Sequence record: NC_041871.1
Strand: one strand, 5' to 3'
Origin: Escherichia phage Murica
Length of the DNA stretch: 64,000 nt
In this document: positions 44,112 through 52,760 of the stretch, piece after piece
Layout of the letters: each line of letters starts with the position of its first letter
Position numbering within the stretch: the stretch's first letter is position 1
Notes under the pieces: model-generated
What the model was told of the DNA's origin: nothing
The model's database searches: none
The model's input: only the letters and a program-made list of their open reading frames with translations
Translations under genes and position numbers: made by a program

Positions 44112-44230
44112 TTGCTTTCTTTGTCCTGTGTGATACTATAATAACAAGCCGGGGCAACAGGGGCCGGGAGACAATCACCGGGCCTGCCCGTTATTCTGCA
44201 AACGAGAATGATTATCATTCAAAATTCTAA
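44112..44230 (+). promoter_or_regulatory. promoter plus GC-rich motif unit B (candidate small RNA locus)
   Basis: TTGCTT (44112-44117), TATAAT (44137-44142), GGGAGACAATCACCGGGCCTGCCCG (44166-44190), then AAACGAGAATGATTATCATT. Confidence 0.35.
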
Positions 44231-44824
44231 ATGAGAACTCCTCGCATTTAATAAATTTAATTAGCACGCTAATTACACTCCGTAACAATTTACTATAAAA
44301 TAGTATCCACTAAAATATTCCCATATAGAAATTTTAAAAATCCATTTCTGAAAACGAAAAATCGATTTCGTCCCTAAAAATTTCAGGCCTAGATCCGGAA
44401 CGATTTCCAGAAAATCCGATTCAGAAAACGAAAAACAGATCGAGTACTGAGAAATTTATCGAGAAAAATTTTCAGAAAATCCAAGCCCTGAAATGAAAAG
44501 TAGATCGAGTACCTGGAAAGCTGCACCGCAACTTCAAGATAGTGGTTAGATTGTTACCATAGAAGGTCAAGGGTAAGTGGAGGAAGTTCTAGTAGAGGGA
44601 GGTTAGCATGTGTGGGAAATCTATAATGGTGGCCTGGAATATGGTGCAAACGATAGGATGAGTTATTCAGCTTGTCGCGCCTACTCTGAAAAATCCATTT
44701 TAGTTTTCGATCCATTTTCTGATTTTCTAAGAATTTTAAAATATCCGGCCCGGTGAAATATCAAAAGGAGGAAATCCATTTTAGAAATCCTCCTTATACT
44801 TGATATGCCAGGAATTTTCAAGTA

Positions 44825-45154
44825 TCAGCTGTCTTTGTTTTTAGGTTTGTACATGCGCAGAGGTATGGTCTTTGTAACATTCCATTTCCTCAACCCTTCC
44901 CAGCTCCAGTTGTGGGCGTGATACCCGGTTATGCATGCACTGCTGGCGTGATCATAAGCATAAGAGAACGCTATGTGCACCAGGTGGGGCCAGTCCTTCC
45001 ACGGCTGTGGACCGTAAGCCTTTCTCCAACACCGACACAAACTAATTGTCTCAAGAATAGGGAGAATAACAATTCCATATACCACCACCAGAATGGTCAG
45101 TGCAATGATTGTCAGGAAGACATACCCTGCAGTTGAAATGATGATCTCTGTCAT
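44825..45154 (-). CDS. small membrane protein
   Basis: Hydrophobic IISTAGYVFLTIIALTILVVVYGIVILPIL. Confidence 0.5.
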   Translation of the reverse strand: MTEIIISTAGYVFLTIIALTILVVVYGIVILPILETISLCRCWRKAYGPQPWKDWPHLVHIAFSYAYDHASSACITGYHAHNWSWEGLRKWNVTKTIPLRMYKPKNKDS

Positions 45155-45354
45155 TTGTCGTCCCCTTTCTTACGAATATAGATGTGAGAGCCTGCCTGTA
45201 TATAAATTTCTCGACCATCCTCTGCAAAGATATGAAATACACGATCACCTTCGTACTCGATACGAGATATCTTCATAATGGTCTTTCCACCTGGGATACG
45301 GATCTCGTCCCCCACAGCGATGTTCCATGCAGATTTAAGCTTAAACATCTGCAC
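45151..45354 (-). CDS. hypothetical protein
   Basis: 67 codons; overlapping start/stop. Confidence 0.45.
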   Translation of the reverse strand: MQMFKLKSAWNIAVGDEIRIPGGKTIMKISRIEYEGDRVFHIFAEDGREIYIQAGSHIYIRKKGDDK

Positions 45355-45586
45355 CCTCCTTTGGGAACTTGAACTCTGGCATAGCCATATACGCTACAAC
45401 AGGGTTGTGATCAAAGTAGAACTGACCGTTAATTATCCCGGTTTTGTCCACATAGTTACCAGATCCTGCAAGAACAACCTCGCAAGCTCCGAAATCCACA
45501 TTGCCATCCTCATCAGCCATGGCTACGATATACTTTCCAAGAGGCATGTTTTTAACGCCGTCTACAAATGTCCACTCTGTGTTCAT
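45341..45586 (-). CDS. hypothetical protein
   Basis: 81 codons. Confidence 0.45.
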   Translation of the reverse strand: MNTEWTFVDGVKNMPLGKYIVAMADEDGNVDFGACEVVLAGSGNYVDKTGIINGQFYFDHNPVVAYMAMPEFKFPKEGADV

Positions 45587-45595
45587 ACTTTACCC

Positions 45596-45928
45596 TTAAG
45601 GTAGCCAGTAAACAATCTCACCTTTCAGCTTCATATCGTTTCCAACATAAATTTCCCAGCCATCCATCTTAGCAACTGTAGGCCCAAAGTCATCCGCACC
45701 CCTTACCTCTTTCCAGGCTCCGTAGTCAGGTTGCCAGATATAGAATCCACCTTCTTTGTCCCATGCTCCGTACACTACGTTTAACAAGTTTCCCATTGCA
45801 ACAATGGTGGGCCGTGGGAATAATACATCTACAGATGCGCCACAATTTCGGGTATCTTTTAAGTTGCAATCCCAAAAGATGTCTGCCAGTGTGGCGGCGA
45901 TAGCTTTACGTCTTTCCAAAGTTACCAT
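45596..45928 (-). CDS. hypothetical protein
   Basis: 110 codons. Confidence 0.5.
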   Translation of the reverse strand: MVTLERRKAIAATLADIFWDCNLKDTRNCGASVDVLFPRPTIVAMGNLLNVVYGAWDKEGGFYIWQPDYGAWKEVRGADDFGPTVAKMDGWEIYVGNDMKLKGEIVYWLP

Positions 45929-45938
45929 GGCACGATAC

Positions 45939-46130
45939 TCACTTGTTGTTAAGAAGTTCTAAAACTTTCTGTTTTACTTTATCAAGATCTGTTGATTCAA
46001 AAACTGTGCGATATCCCCAACTTTGCCCGTAGGAGTGACTGCAATCCCCGTAGCACCATTGCTCAATTTGATAGTATTCAAGGAAGGGGTGCTGTCTAAC
46101 TATGATACCATCCCGGTTAAAAATTACCAT
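45939..46130 (-). CDS. hypothetical protein
   Basis: 63 codons. Confidence 0.4.
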   Translation of the reverse strand: MVIFNRDGIIVRQHPFLEYYQIEQWCYGDCSHSYGQSWGYRTVFESTDLDKVKQKVLELLNNK

Positions 46131-46193
46131 AATACATCACTCTCTGTTAGTTTATGCATATATTATACACTGCAGTTTTCAGATGTCAATCTT

Positions 46194-46388
46194 TTACAGG
46201 TTACTCCAGTATAATCGGCATTTACATTTTGGGCAATGAGGTTCTTTTATGTAATAACCATCAGTCTTTGGAACACTTTTTGGTGCAGTTTTAAGATTGT
46301 ACCTGGTAAAACATCGGAAGCAGGTTACCTCTCCCACCTGTTGATCGTTGATCCACTCACCAGAGTAAAGCTCTTTCTTGTTTCTCAT
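46194..46388 (-). CDS. zinc-ribbon miniprotein
   Basis: CFRC...CPKCKC; ATG after GGGAGAG; track start further upstream. Confidence 0.45.
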   Translation of the reverse strand: MRNKKELYSGEWINDQQVGEVTCFRCFTRYNLKTAPKSVPKTDGYYIKEPHCPKCKCRLYWSNL

Positions 46389-46640
46389 AATTCTCTCCCA
46401 AATCCTCTGCAATCTTATACCAAAATCTCCAGCCAGAAAGCACACGGGAACACCTTGAGGATTGAATATTTACTTGGCTCGGAAGTTCTTTTTCCGTATG
46501 GTAGGTAGAAATACCCCCCCTGCAGATTCGAATATAGCTCCTTCGGTTGTATCTACCACAGCAAGAATTAAGATTTTAGTCTCCACAGTGCTCTCCTCTC
46601 TTAGTTGTTGTGGAAACTATATCACCTCAGAAGATGGTCG

Positions 46641-47099
46641 TCAACACTTTTTGTACTCTACTACAACCACATCAATATCTGTGGTTGCAAGATTAATTAC
46701 ATCTTCTACATGTTCCCACTTTAGACCGCCAATACCGCATCCAATTTTAGGAATGTAGAACGGCAATGACACACCTTTGAATACCTCGTTGACTCGCTCA
46801 AAACCTTTCATTATTGAGAAGTATTCAGCATTGGGCCCTGGGTAGAACTGGGTATACAGGTTGATTCCATATACGACCCTGTTCTTGGCAAAATGCTCCC
46901 AACAAGAAAACATACCCAGCTTGTCCAGATTACCATAGGCAGTCTCTTTGTCGGCTGCCAGTGCTTGAGGGAACTCACGGGCAATATCTTTCGCTATGCC
47001 TGCACCCATTGTATGAAAGCAGTTACAACCGTGGATCAGGTGACCAGCACCGCTCTTAAAAAGGGAGATTAAATCTCCCGCTACAGTATCAATAATCAC
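46641..47099 (-). CDS. macro domain protein (ADP-ribose binding / hydrolase fold)
   Basis: HGCNCFHTMGAGIAKDI fits macro NxxxxxxxGxGVAxAI motif; YIPKIGCGIGGLKWE fits second glycine-rich IGxGxxG motif. Confidence 0.75.
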   Translation of the reverse strand: MIIDTVAGDLISLFKSGAGHLIHGCNCFHTMGAGIAKDIAREFPQALAADKETAYGNLDKLGMFSCWEHFAKNRVVYGINLYTQFYPGPNAEYFSIMKGFERVNEVFKGVSLPFYIPKIGCGIGGLKWEHVEDVINLATTDIDVVVVEYKKC

Positions 47100-47514
47100 G
47101 GTATGTCAGCTCCTCTTCCGCAATTTCAAAAAACTCATCCCAACCTTGTGGCATATTTGAGTTGCCGAAGTGGCTTTCATAGTAAAGGTTCTCACCACTT
47201 GGGAGATAGAAATCTGTTACCTCGTAGAATCCACAATCGTCGCACTCGCCTTCTTCAAACTTGGCCTCAACCTTAATACCTAGGAAGGTGAAAAGTTTAT
47301 GGATATCTTCAGTTTCGAACTCCCAGTAGATATTGTTTTCCGCATCGGTGTAGAACTGGATCAGCAGACCATTATCCAGTTTACCAAAATATTCTGTGAA
47401 GTAACTACCTTCCCAGAAATCTTTATGACAAATAATATCCATGCGCTTGCCCATGATAAAGGTGTGGGCGTTTTGGGCATCGTCACGAATCAGTTTTGGC
47501 ATTTCATAGATCAT
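47089..47514 (-). CDS. hypothetical acidic protein
   Basis: 141 codons. Confidence 0.5.
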   Translation of the reverse strand: MIYEMPKLIRDDAQNAHTFIMGKRMDIICHKDFWEGSYFTEYFGKLDNGLLIQFYTDAENNIYWEFETEDIHKLFTFLGIKVEAKFEEGECDDCGFYEVTDFYLPSGENLYYESHFGNSNMPQGWDEFFEIAEEELTYRDY

Positions 47515-47582
47515 CTTAGTTCTCCGGGTTCAACAGGTGGTGGTGCTACAGGAAGATCATAAAACATAGCTATCACAGTCTC

Positions 47583-47780
47583 TTACACAGGAATTGCTTC
47601 AAACAGGCCGTTATCTATACCGTCCTTCAGATAGAGATTATATTCTATGTCGGTATCTGTATAAAGGGCAGCATCCAGCATTCTATCTGTGAGTCCATCC
47701 ATTGGGTGGAGAAACCACCACCCACGCCAGTCAAAGTAACAGCCTGGTGCATCTTCTCTTACACGGATTCGATAAATCAT
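47583..47780 (-). CDS. hypothetical protein
   Basis: 65 codons. Confidence 0.4.
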   Translation of the reverse strand: MIYRIRVREDAPGCYFDWRGWWFLHPMDGLTDRMLDAALYTDTDIEYNLYLKDGIDNGLFEAIPV

Positions 47781-47876
47781 GGGCAGTGGCCTCCTGTTAG
47801 TTATACATCCCAGTTTTCTTCGTTCATCACGTCCTCCCGTTCTATGAAGTTATAATTGCACACCTTTCCACCTGTG

Positions 47877-48293
47877 TCAACAGAAAACTTCAACAAACTC
47901 TTCCACAGTTTTAATGTCGTGGGAAAAAGGTTTACGGCTATAACGGGCAATAGCACTATCAACCACCGCCCGGTACTCCAAATCTTCAGAATATTTCATG
48001 AAGCATTGCAGCGTCTCTGGGCAGATAGCTAAATAGCTCCACCACCCTTCTTCAGATTGGTAGTCGAATCCCATACTTTCCAACCATGAAGCATATACTC
48101 CTGCACCCTCAAGCCAGTGAGTATTTTCATCCAGAAACTTGTTAATAGACATGTGAGCTTCTAAGCATTTATCCAGCTCTTTTCCGTTAACCAGCCACGC
48201 ACTGACCGTGGCGCATCCAAGGTCTACAGATTGAGTTGACAGGTTGTATTGGTCATAGTTCTCAGGTTTAACAATGATATCTTCTAATGTCAT
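47877..48293 (-). CDS. hypothetical protein
   Basis: 138 codons. Confidence 0.5.
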   Translation of the reverse strand: MTLEDIIVKPENYDQYNLSTQSVDLGCATVSAWLVNGKELDKCLEAHMSINKFLDENTHWLEGAGVYASWLESMGFDYQSEEGWWSYLAICPETLQCFMKYSEDLEYRAVVDSAIARYSRKPFSHDIKTVEEFVEVFC

Positions 48294-48310
48294 TTTTTAG
48301 ATCTCCTTAT

Positions 48311-48340
48311 ACAAAAATGCCCCACCCTTTCAGGCAGGGC
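48311..48340 (-). terminator. intrinsic terminator (repeated sequence, copy 1)
   Basis: GCCCCACCCTTTCAGGCAGGGC on + strand; on - strand GC stem with G-U pairs then UUUUUG. Confidence 0.5.
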
Positions 48341-48355
48341 TATGTTAACTAAATG

Positions 48356-49582
48356 TTAAAATGGGATGTCATCATCAAAGACGTACTGTGCTGGATTCTG
48401 ATCCATTGGGTCATCTTCCGCATCATTTACAGGAGGAGCGTCTACAGTGTTTTGCTGTGGAGCTGCTTCCTGTTTGGCAGCCTGAGGTTCTTGATGGTCA
48501 GTGGACTCAGCACCGTTCTTGATCCAATCGTACAACGGCTCAGCTAGATTAGTCAAGACATCTTTTGCTTCTGCAGTAATTGCCACTGCAAAATCATCAA
48601 CTTTCGTTTTCTTGTCAATACGGCGACAAGCGTTCAACACCGCATTACCGACACTGGCACCTACTTCATCTTCAGTTCGGTTGGTGGCTTGAGCATACTC
48701 TTTCTTAAGCTCAATGGTGACTACGTGCAGTGTTTTAGCCACGCCCAGTGGGTCGTCTACCTTAAACCCGCGATCCAGGATGATCTGCAACGCATTGATG
48801 CTATGCCCCGTTTCCACACCGATAGGGTCGTAAGAGGATTTACGCTTGCCACCAGAGCCTTGAGTGCCGTTCTCTGCCTTAGGAGGATAGGCCTTGAAAC
48901 CACTGATAATGTTTCCGGTGTCTTTGTCAACAATGGCTGCAACACGACCACCTACCACCAGGTCTTTAAGCTGCTCATCAGTTACAACCATAGCACCTTC
49001 GCCAATCTTGTGGTCATTAACAGTAACCACGTTGCCAACAATCTGAGTCACATCACCATAGATGCGTAAAACGTCCTGATTGGCATTCTGCTGAGGTTTC
49101 TGCTTCTGGCCTTGTGATTGTGCACCTTGTTGCTGTTTTTGCTGCTGAGTCGCTGCTGGAGCCTCTCCTGCACCCAGCTTGACCATCTTAGCCAGTGAGC
49201 CTTTGTAATAGGTCTTACCGTTATGCTCGTTTGCCTTCAAAGGAATATTTACGATCCATCCCGGCGTTACGGTTTCCCACTTGTCATCAATTTTAACAGA
49301 GACAGAGTCTTGATGACCAGGTTTAAGCAGCTTATCACCCATGCTGATCCAAACTTCTTCACCACCTTGAAGCAGGTTATCAGAGGAATCCAGTTCAGAA
49401 ATCAGTAAAGAGATGGTGTGGCTGGATTCAATTTTCTTACCTTGCCACACAGTGGTTTTAATACCTGTTGTAGGATCAGCACCTTTGATAGGCTTGATGC
49501 TGACACGTTTAATCATGCCGTGAGCCAGTAAAACAGTTTCACGCGGATTCATCGGGTTAGCGAATTGTTGAATAACGCTCAT
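48356..49582 (-). CDS. SSB-like protein with bacterial SSB-type acidic C-terminal tail
   Basis: C-terminus ...YVFDDDIPF identical in form to E. coli SSB DDDIPF; Gln/Gly-rich linker; next to replisome genes. Confidence 0.5.
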   Translation of the reverse strand: MSVIQQFANPMNPRETVLLAHGMIKRVSIKPIKGADPTTGIKTTVWQGKKIESSHTISLLISELDSSDNLLQGGEEVWISMGDKLLKPGHQDSVSVKIDDKWETVTPGWIVNIPLKANEHNGKTYYKGSLAKMVKLGAGEAPAATQQQKQQQGAQSQGQKQKPQQNANQDVLRIYGDVTQIVGNVVTVNDHKIGEGAMVVTDEQLKDLVVGGRVAAIVDKDTGNIISGFKAYPPKAENGTQGSGGKRKSSYDPIGVETGHSINALQIILDRGFKVDDPLGVAKTLHVVTIELKKEYAQATNRTEDEVGASVGNAVLNACRRIDKKTKVDDFAVAITAEAKDVLTNLAEPLYDWIKNGAESTDHQEPQAAKQEAAPQQNTVDAPPVNDAEDDPMDQNPAQYVFDDDIPF

Positions 49583-49947
49583 TATTTGTCTCCTTGTTCT
49601 TCGTTAGTGTTTGCCGTGTGTGCAAACCCTGCTTGAATTAATTTGTCCTGAACTTGAGCCAACAGCCCCATTGCAAAACTTGTGGTCCCAGAGAGGGCCA
49701 TCAGCATATCTCGTTGTTGAGCTACCCAACCTAAGGCATAGTCCAAACGACGATATTTTTCTTCTTCACGCAGAGCTTGAAATAATTGTTCAGCCTCTGG
49801 TTGTTGTGTGAGCTCCTGAAGTCTTCCCATGAAAGAAGAAAGCACTAGTAGAAGAGACACTTGATCTTTACTTAACCCTAAGAAAAATTCTTGAGGTTGT
49901 TCTTGCTCGTTCATCGCAACCGACGCTTGATCGTTCATTTGTTCCAT
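49582..49947 (-). CDS. hypothetical protein
   Basis: 121 codons. Confidence 0.45.
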   Translation of the reverse strand: MEQMNDQASVAMNEQEQPQEFFLGLSKDQVSLLLVLSSFMGRLQELTQQPEAEQLFQALREEEKYRRLDYALGWVAQQRDMLMALSGTTSFAMGLLAQVQDKLIQAGFAHTANTNEEQGDK

Positions 49948-50030
49948 TATGGAATCTCCGATTTTATTTGAACAACATAGAAGGAGACACTATTTTAGCA
50001 TCCCCTTCTGCAAATTACAATAGGTATTTG

Positions 50031-50276
50031 TTAGCCAATCACTTCGAAAGTTCCCCAATTCCCGTCCAGCAGGCAGGTGATCGGATCCCCATCGTCGTCA
50101 AAGATTTCAAAGTTTTCAGCATCCAGGATGTGGCCCTCGAACACAATACTTTCGTCGCCACCACCAGAAATAACAGCGTATTCCTTACCTTGAGTCAAGT
50201 TTTGACACCCTTTGCCACCAAAACCTACTTCAACACAACGTACTTTCTGTCCTGCGCGAGCAACTACTTCAGTCAT
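50031..50276 (-). CDS. hypothetical protein
   Basis: 81 codons. Confidence 0.45.
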   Translation of the reverse strand: MTEVVARAGQKVRCVEVGFGGKGCQNLTQGKEYAVISGGGDESIVFEGHILDAENFEIFDDDGDPITCLLDGNWGTFEVIG

Positions 50277-50293
50277 CTTAAGGTCTCCTGATA

Positions 50294-50596
50294 TTAATCG
50301 TCAAGTTCAAAATAGATTTTAACAGCTTCATCAAAGATTGGAATCCCAATGTTGTTGATAAGCTGCCAAACTACCATATCTTTACCTGGATCTGGGAGAA
50401 TGTCAACCTTTCTCCATGCGCTGTATATCCAGTTCGGACCACCTTCTGCACTAACTGGCAGATTTTCACCAGCCTCCTGCAGATACTTATACAGCAAAAG
50501 ATATTCTGGATACTCTAGAACACTGTCCTCTGTAGTATATAGCAGTTCACGGTATACTTTTAAGAACCCTGCTGGGGTAATGTTTTCAGTCTTCAT
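50294..50596 (-). CDS. hypothetical protein
   Basis: ATG after GGAGAAG; track start 50614. Confidence 0.45.
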   Translation of the reverse strand: MKTENITPAGFLKVYRELLYTTEDSVLEYPEYLLLYKYLQEAGENLPVSAEGGPNWIYSAWRKVDILPDPGKDMVVWQLINNIGIPIFDEAVKIYFELDD

Positions 50597-50978
50597 TTGC
50601 CGCTTCTCCTGCATTCATCAGGTCTGCCATAGCGTCACCTACGAAGAGAACAACCACATCGTTGACAGCGTCAGCATCATCTTTATTGACGTTGCTGAAT
50701 TTAGGACACACCGCAATGATCATATAGACACCGTTACCAACCTGAACTGTCCGTGTGGTGCACATCATGGCGGTATTTGTGCCTTCTTTGAAGGCGAAGC
50801 CTTGAAGACGCTCCTCTAAAGTGTTACCGGTAGATTTCAGAAGCGCCAGCTCGTCCAAGGCATAGATGATATCTCCGGAAGTTAGTGTTGCCTTTCCATC
50901 AGACACCATAATAACTCCATCAGCACCGTCAAGCTTAGAGGCTTCAAAGATATCAATATCCCAAATATTTTTCATCAC
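50586..50978 (-). CDS. hypothetical protein
   Basis: 130 codons. Confidence 0.45.
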   Translation of the reverse strand: MMKNIWDIDIFEASKLDGADGVIMVSDGKATLTSGDIIYALDELALLKSTGNTLEERLQGFAFKEGTNTAMMCTTRTVQVGNGVYMIIAVCPKFSNVNKDDADAVNDVVVLFVGDAMADLMNAGEAANED

Positions 50979-51295
50979 GCTTCCTCGTCGTCTAAAGAGT
51001 TGAAGATTTCACCGAAGTATTCTAAGACTTCTAGCTCCCGTGTGGTGCAGAAAACACAGTCACCGTTGTCATCCTCGATAACGGCCTCTTTACCCAGCAC
51101 ATCTACTTCAAGTTTATCGTTCAACAGGACAGCCCCTGTGTAAACTTTGTCGGCTGTGCAGTCCCGAAAAGCAGAGTCTTTCTCCAGATAGTCTGGCTTA
51201 ACCTTGGCTTTAATTCGTTGGTATTGTTTGGTCATTGCTGTGGTCCCCTTTCGTTTTGATAGGGCCATTATATTAGGCTCCATCACTGTTGTCAA
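50975..51295 (-). CDS. hypothetical protein (paralog of 51299-51553)
   Basis: Shared AFRDCT / AFKDCT and DDNGDCVFCT / DDEGDSVWCT blocks. Confidence 0.5.
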   Translation of the reverse strand: MTTVMEPNIMALSKRKGTTAMTKQYQRIKAKVKPDYLEKDSAFRDCTADKVYTGAVLLNDKLEVDVLGKEAVIEDDNGDCVFCTTRELEVLEYFGEIFNSLDDEEA

Positions 51296-51298
51296 GTA

Positions 51299-51553
51299 TT
51301 AATGTTCAGGTTTTACAAAAACTACTTCATTAACAGTGCACCAGACAGAGTCTCCTTCATCATCTTTAAAGGTAAGGCACTGTGCTGAGTTTTCCAGCTC
51401 ATCGATCTCTTCTTGTGATAAAGGGGCCCCTTCTTCCAGGAGGGCTTTTACCAGAGGGTTCTCACAAAACTCTGCTTCATAAATTGCACCGACTGTGCAA
51501 TCTTTAAAAGCTCGGTCATTTGCAACGCATTCTGACTTCAAAGTAATTTTCAT
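51299..51553 (-). CDS. hypothetical protein (paralog of 50975-51295)
   Basis: See paralog. Confidence 0.5.
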   Translation of the reverse strand: MKITLKSECVANDRAFKDCTVGAIYEAEFCENPLVKALLEEGAPLSQEEIDELENSAQCLTFKDDEGDSVWCTVNEVVFVKPEH

Positions 51554-51629
51554 CTTAGCAGTCTCCTTAGTTATTTAAAAATCAACACTCTGTTTGTGCG
51601 AAGCATCTTATATCTAATCTTACTTCTTG

Positions 51630-52001
51630 TCAATGGCTATTTTCAATCAGCCACACAGGGTCTAGGTAAATTTGTTGGCGTGTTGCCCAATGACAAACTT
51701 CATTGTACATCTGAATCTCTTTGTCAGTCAGTTCACGAATAGGCTCATCTATACCCTCATTTTTGTGGTAATCCCAGTCGGCATCGATTTCCCACAACCA
51801 TGACTTGTTGTCACCACGCTTACGCACACAGAAGTCACCGGGACGGCCTGCCAATGCATTTAAGAACTCGTTCTCCGCTCGCTCCTGAAGAATACTAAGG
51901 AGCAAAACGTTGGAGCATGACCGTAAAATATGCTTCAGCTCACAATCATCAATCTCAACTTCAATACGTTGTTTGACTGTGTGGGTACCTTTTACTAACA
52001 T
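51630..52001 (-). CDS. hypothetical protein
   Basis: ATG after AGGAGGT; track start 52028 lacks SD. Confidence 0.45.
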   Translation of the reverse strand: MLVKGTHTVKQRIEVEIDDCELKHILRSCSNVLLLSILQERAENEFLNALAGRPGDFCVRKRGDNKSWLWEIDADWDYHKNEGIDEPIRELTDKEIQMYNEVCHWATRQQIYLDPVWLIENSH

Positions 52002-52011
52002 CCTACCTCCT

Positions 52012-52206
52012 CTAAACGAACTCTGCAAGAGTTGTGTTGTTCACTGCACCGCAGTAAATGGAGTATCCCAGCCCATTAGAGTGCAGAAACCACGGCGTGC
52101 CGAAATTATCTTTCACGTAGACATCACCGTTGTTTGTAAAGGGCCAATATTCTTCCCCAAGGGTAAAATACCTATTCATACCTTCAGCAAGATACTTTAC
52201 TTTCAT
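52012..52206 (-). CDS. hypothetical protein
   Basis: 64 codons, coupled start. Confidence 0.45.
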   Translation of the reverse strand: MKVKYLAEGMNRYFTLGEEYWPFTNNGDVYVKDNFGTPWFLHSNGLGYSIYCGAVNNTTLAEFV

Positions 52207-52430
52207 AGGTCCTCTTCAACAACTACAAACTTGGCAAGCAAAGTGGTTCCGTAGATATGATACTCACCGTTTGCCAGGTGAGAGATATACCAGGCAACCC
52301 CTTCCTCGTCTTTAATCATTTTGTTTGCACGAGCTTTATCGTAATAAACCTCGTAGGTCTTTCCTTCTTTAAAGAAGGACAGGTCTGTCATCTTTTCTTC
52401 TACAAAAGTAGCTTTAACCAAAGTTGTCAT
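52203..52430 (-). CDS. hypothetical protein
   Basis: 75 codons, ATGA coupling. Confidence 0.45.
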   Translation of the reverse strand: MTTLVKATFVEEKMTDLSFFKEGKTYEVYYDKARANKMIKDEEGVAWYISHLANGEYHIYGTTLLAKFVVVEEDL

Positions 52431-52711
52431 TGATCGGTCTCCTTCTTGTTAAGTCTGAATACTGCAATAATAGCATTCCCAAGGTGCAGTGTCAAATCAT
52501 TTCCAAGATACCACAACATTCCACGGTCATCTTTAATGAAAGGGTAACAATCTGGTGCCTTCCAGACATTGTACACTTTCCCAACCTGAAAGAAATCAGG
52601 CCCTGTTGGGATTTTGGTGCCAGGCCACACTTGAGATACCTGAACACACTCCACCTGCATAATAACAGGGATAGTCATAGATGTAAATGTTTTTGTTGGT
52701 TCTACTACCAT
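52427..52711 (-). CDS. hypothetical protein
   Basis: ATG after AAGAGGGGA just past polymerase stop; track start 52801 overlaps polymerase. Confidence 0.45.
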   Translation of the reverse strand: MVVEPTKTFTSMTIPVIMQVECVQVSQVWPGTKIPTGPDFFQVGKVYNVWKAPDCYPFIKDDRGMLWYLGNDLTLHLGNAIIAVFRLNKKETDQ

Positions 52712-52760
52712 AAAAATCCCCTCTTTGCTCAACAGCACCTCCCTGTGCTGATAGTTTACA

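Noticed and set aside
43940-44218. - strand ORF of 92 codons
   Set aside because: Spans both tandem promoter/GC-motif units; the open frame is a by-product of the repeats and has no ribosome-binding site.
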